Shown in pieces: positions 63,701-64,000 of a DNA stretch of 64,000 bases. The position numbers and the translations under genes were made by a program. The stretch is from Acanthaster planci (taxonomy: Eukaryota). The notes beneath the pieces are model-generated. The model was not told the DNA's origin, made no database searches, and saw only the letters and a list, made by a program, of their open reading frames with translations. The DNA lies in NCBI RefSeq assembly GCF_001949145.1, contig NW_019091356.1, positions 248,001 to 312,000 on the forward strand. The letters run 5' to 3'. Each line of letters opens with the position of its first letter. The stretch's first letter is position 1.

Positions 63701-64000
63701 GAGTTAACTAATACACAAAAGTATTTACAAAAAAAGTTAAAAGGCTCATTCGTAGTTCACGTATGATGGTAGATGTAACAAGGATTGACTCTTTAAAAAT
63801 GTCTGTTAAATAACAGTAAACTCTATTGTCAATTTGCATTACCGAAGTTGCTGTTTTGGGACAGCACATTCTACTGTCGATTTTTCTCTGTATACTAACA
63901 AAGATTCTACTCTTGCACTACTATCGCAAAAAGGGCGGTTGTCGGGTGTATAAAACAATTGTGTTTGTCAGTCGAGGGCATTTTGTTTTAATAAAAGGTA

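Noticed and set aside
1..64000. CRISPR arrays, operons or prokaryotic defence systems
   Set aside because: The sequence is spliceosomal-intron-containing animal DNA, and no repeat-spacer arrays were seen.

Overview
This is AT-rich (about 38% GC by eye), intron-containing animal genomic DNA, not prokaryotic. The overall style suggests a marine invertebrate, possibly an echinoderm, but that is inference. The window holds a head-to-tail cluster of three minus-strand type-I membrane receptor genes of the CED-1/Draper/MEGF10/SCARF (EMI + laminin-type EGF) superfamily. I assembled their exon chains by hand from GT-AG sites, and the intron phases are consistent throughout. Gene A (30936->4626, 8 coding exons, about 1601 aa) has a signal peptide, a short SCARF-like NVC..CCxGW cap, about 29 EGF repeats (most in one 3414-nt exon), a TM helix and a Ser/Thr/Pro-rich tail with no NPxY. 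Gene B (47216->42276, 9 exons, about 585 aa) has a full EMI domain, about 5.5 EGF repeats, a TM helix and an NPxY tail. Gene C (57721->52642, 6 exons, about 672 aa) has an EMI domain but no EGF repeats, a mucin-like stalk, a TM helix and an approximately 445-aa tail with 18 tyrosines, including five ITAM-like pairs and YDxP/YxN motifs. Non-coding DNA carries a TTAA-flanked TIR element, a hairpin MITE-like relic, and strongly over-represented TACATGTA and TAGGCCTA palindromes that look like transposon excision footprints. One of these palindromes sits in frame inside an EGF exon. Most other ORF-track entries are antisense shadows or chance ORFs.
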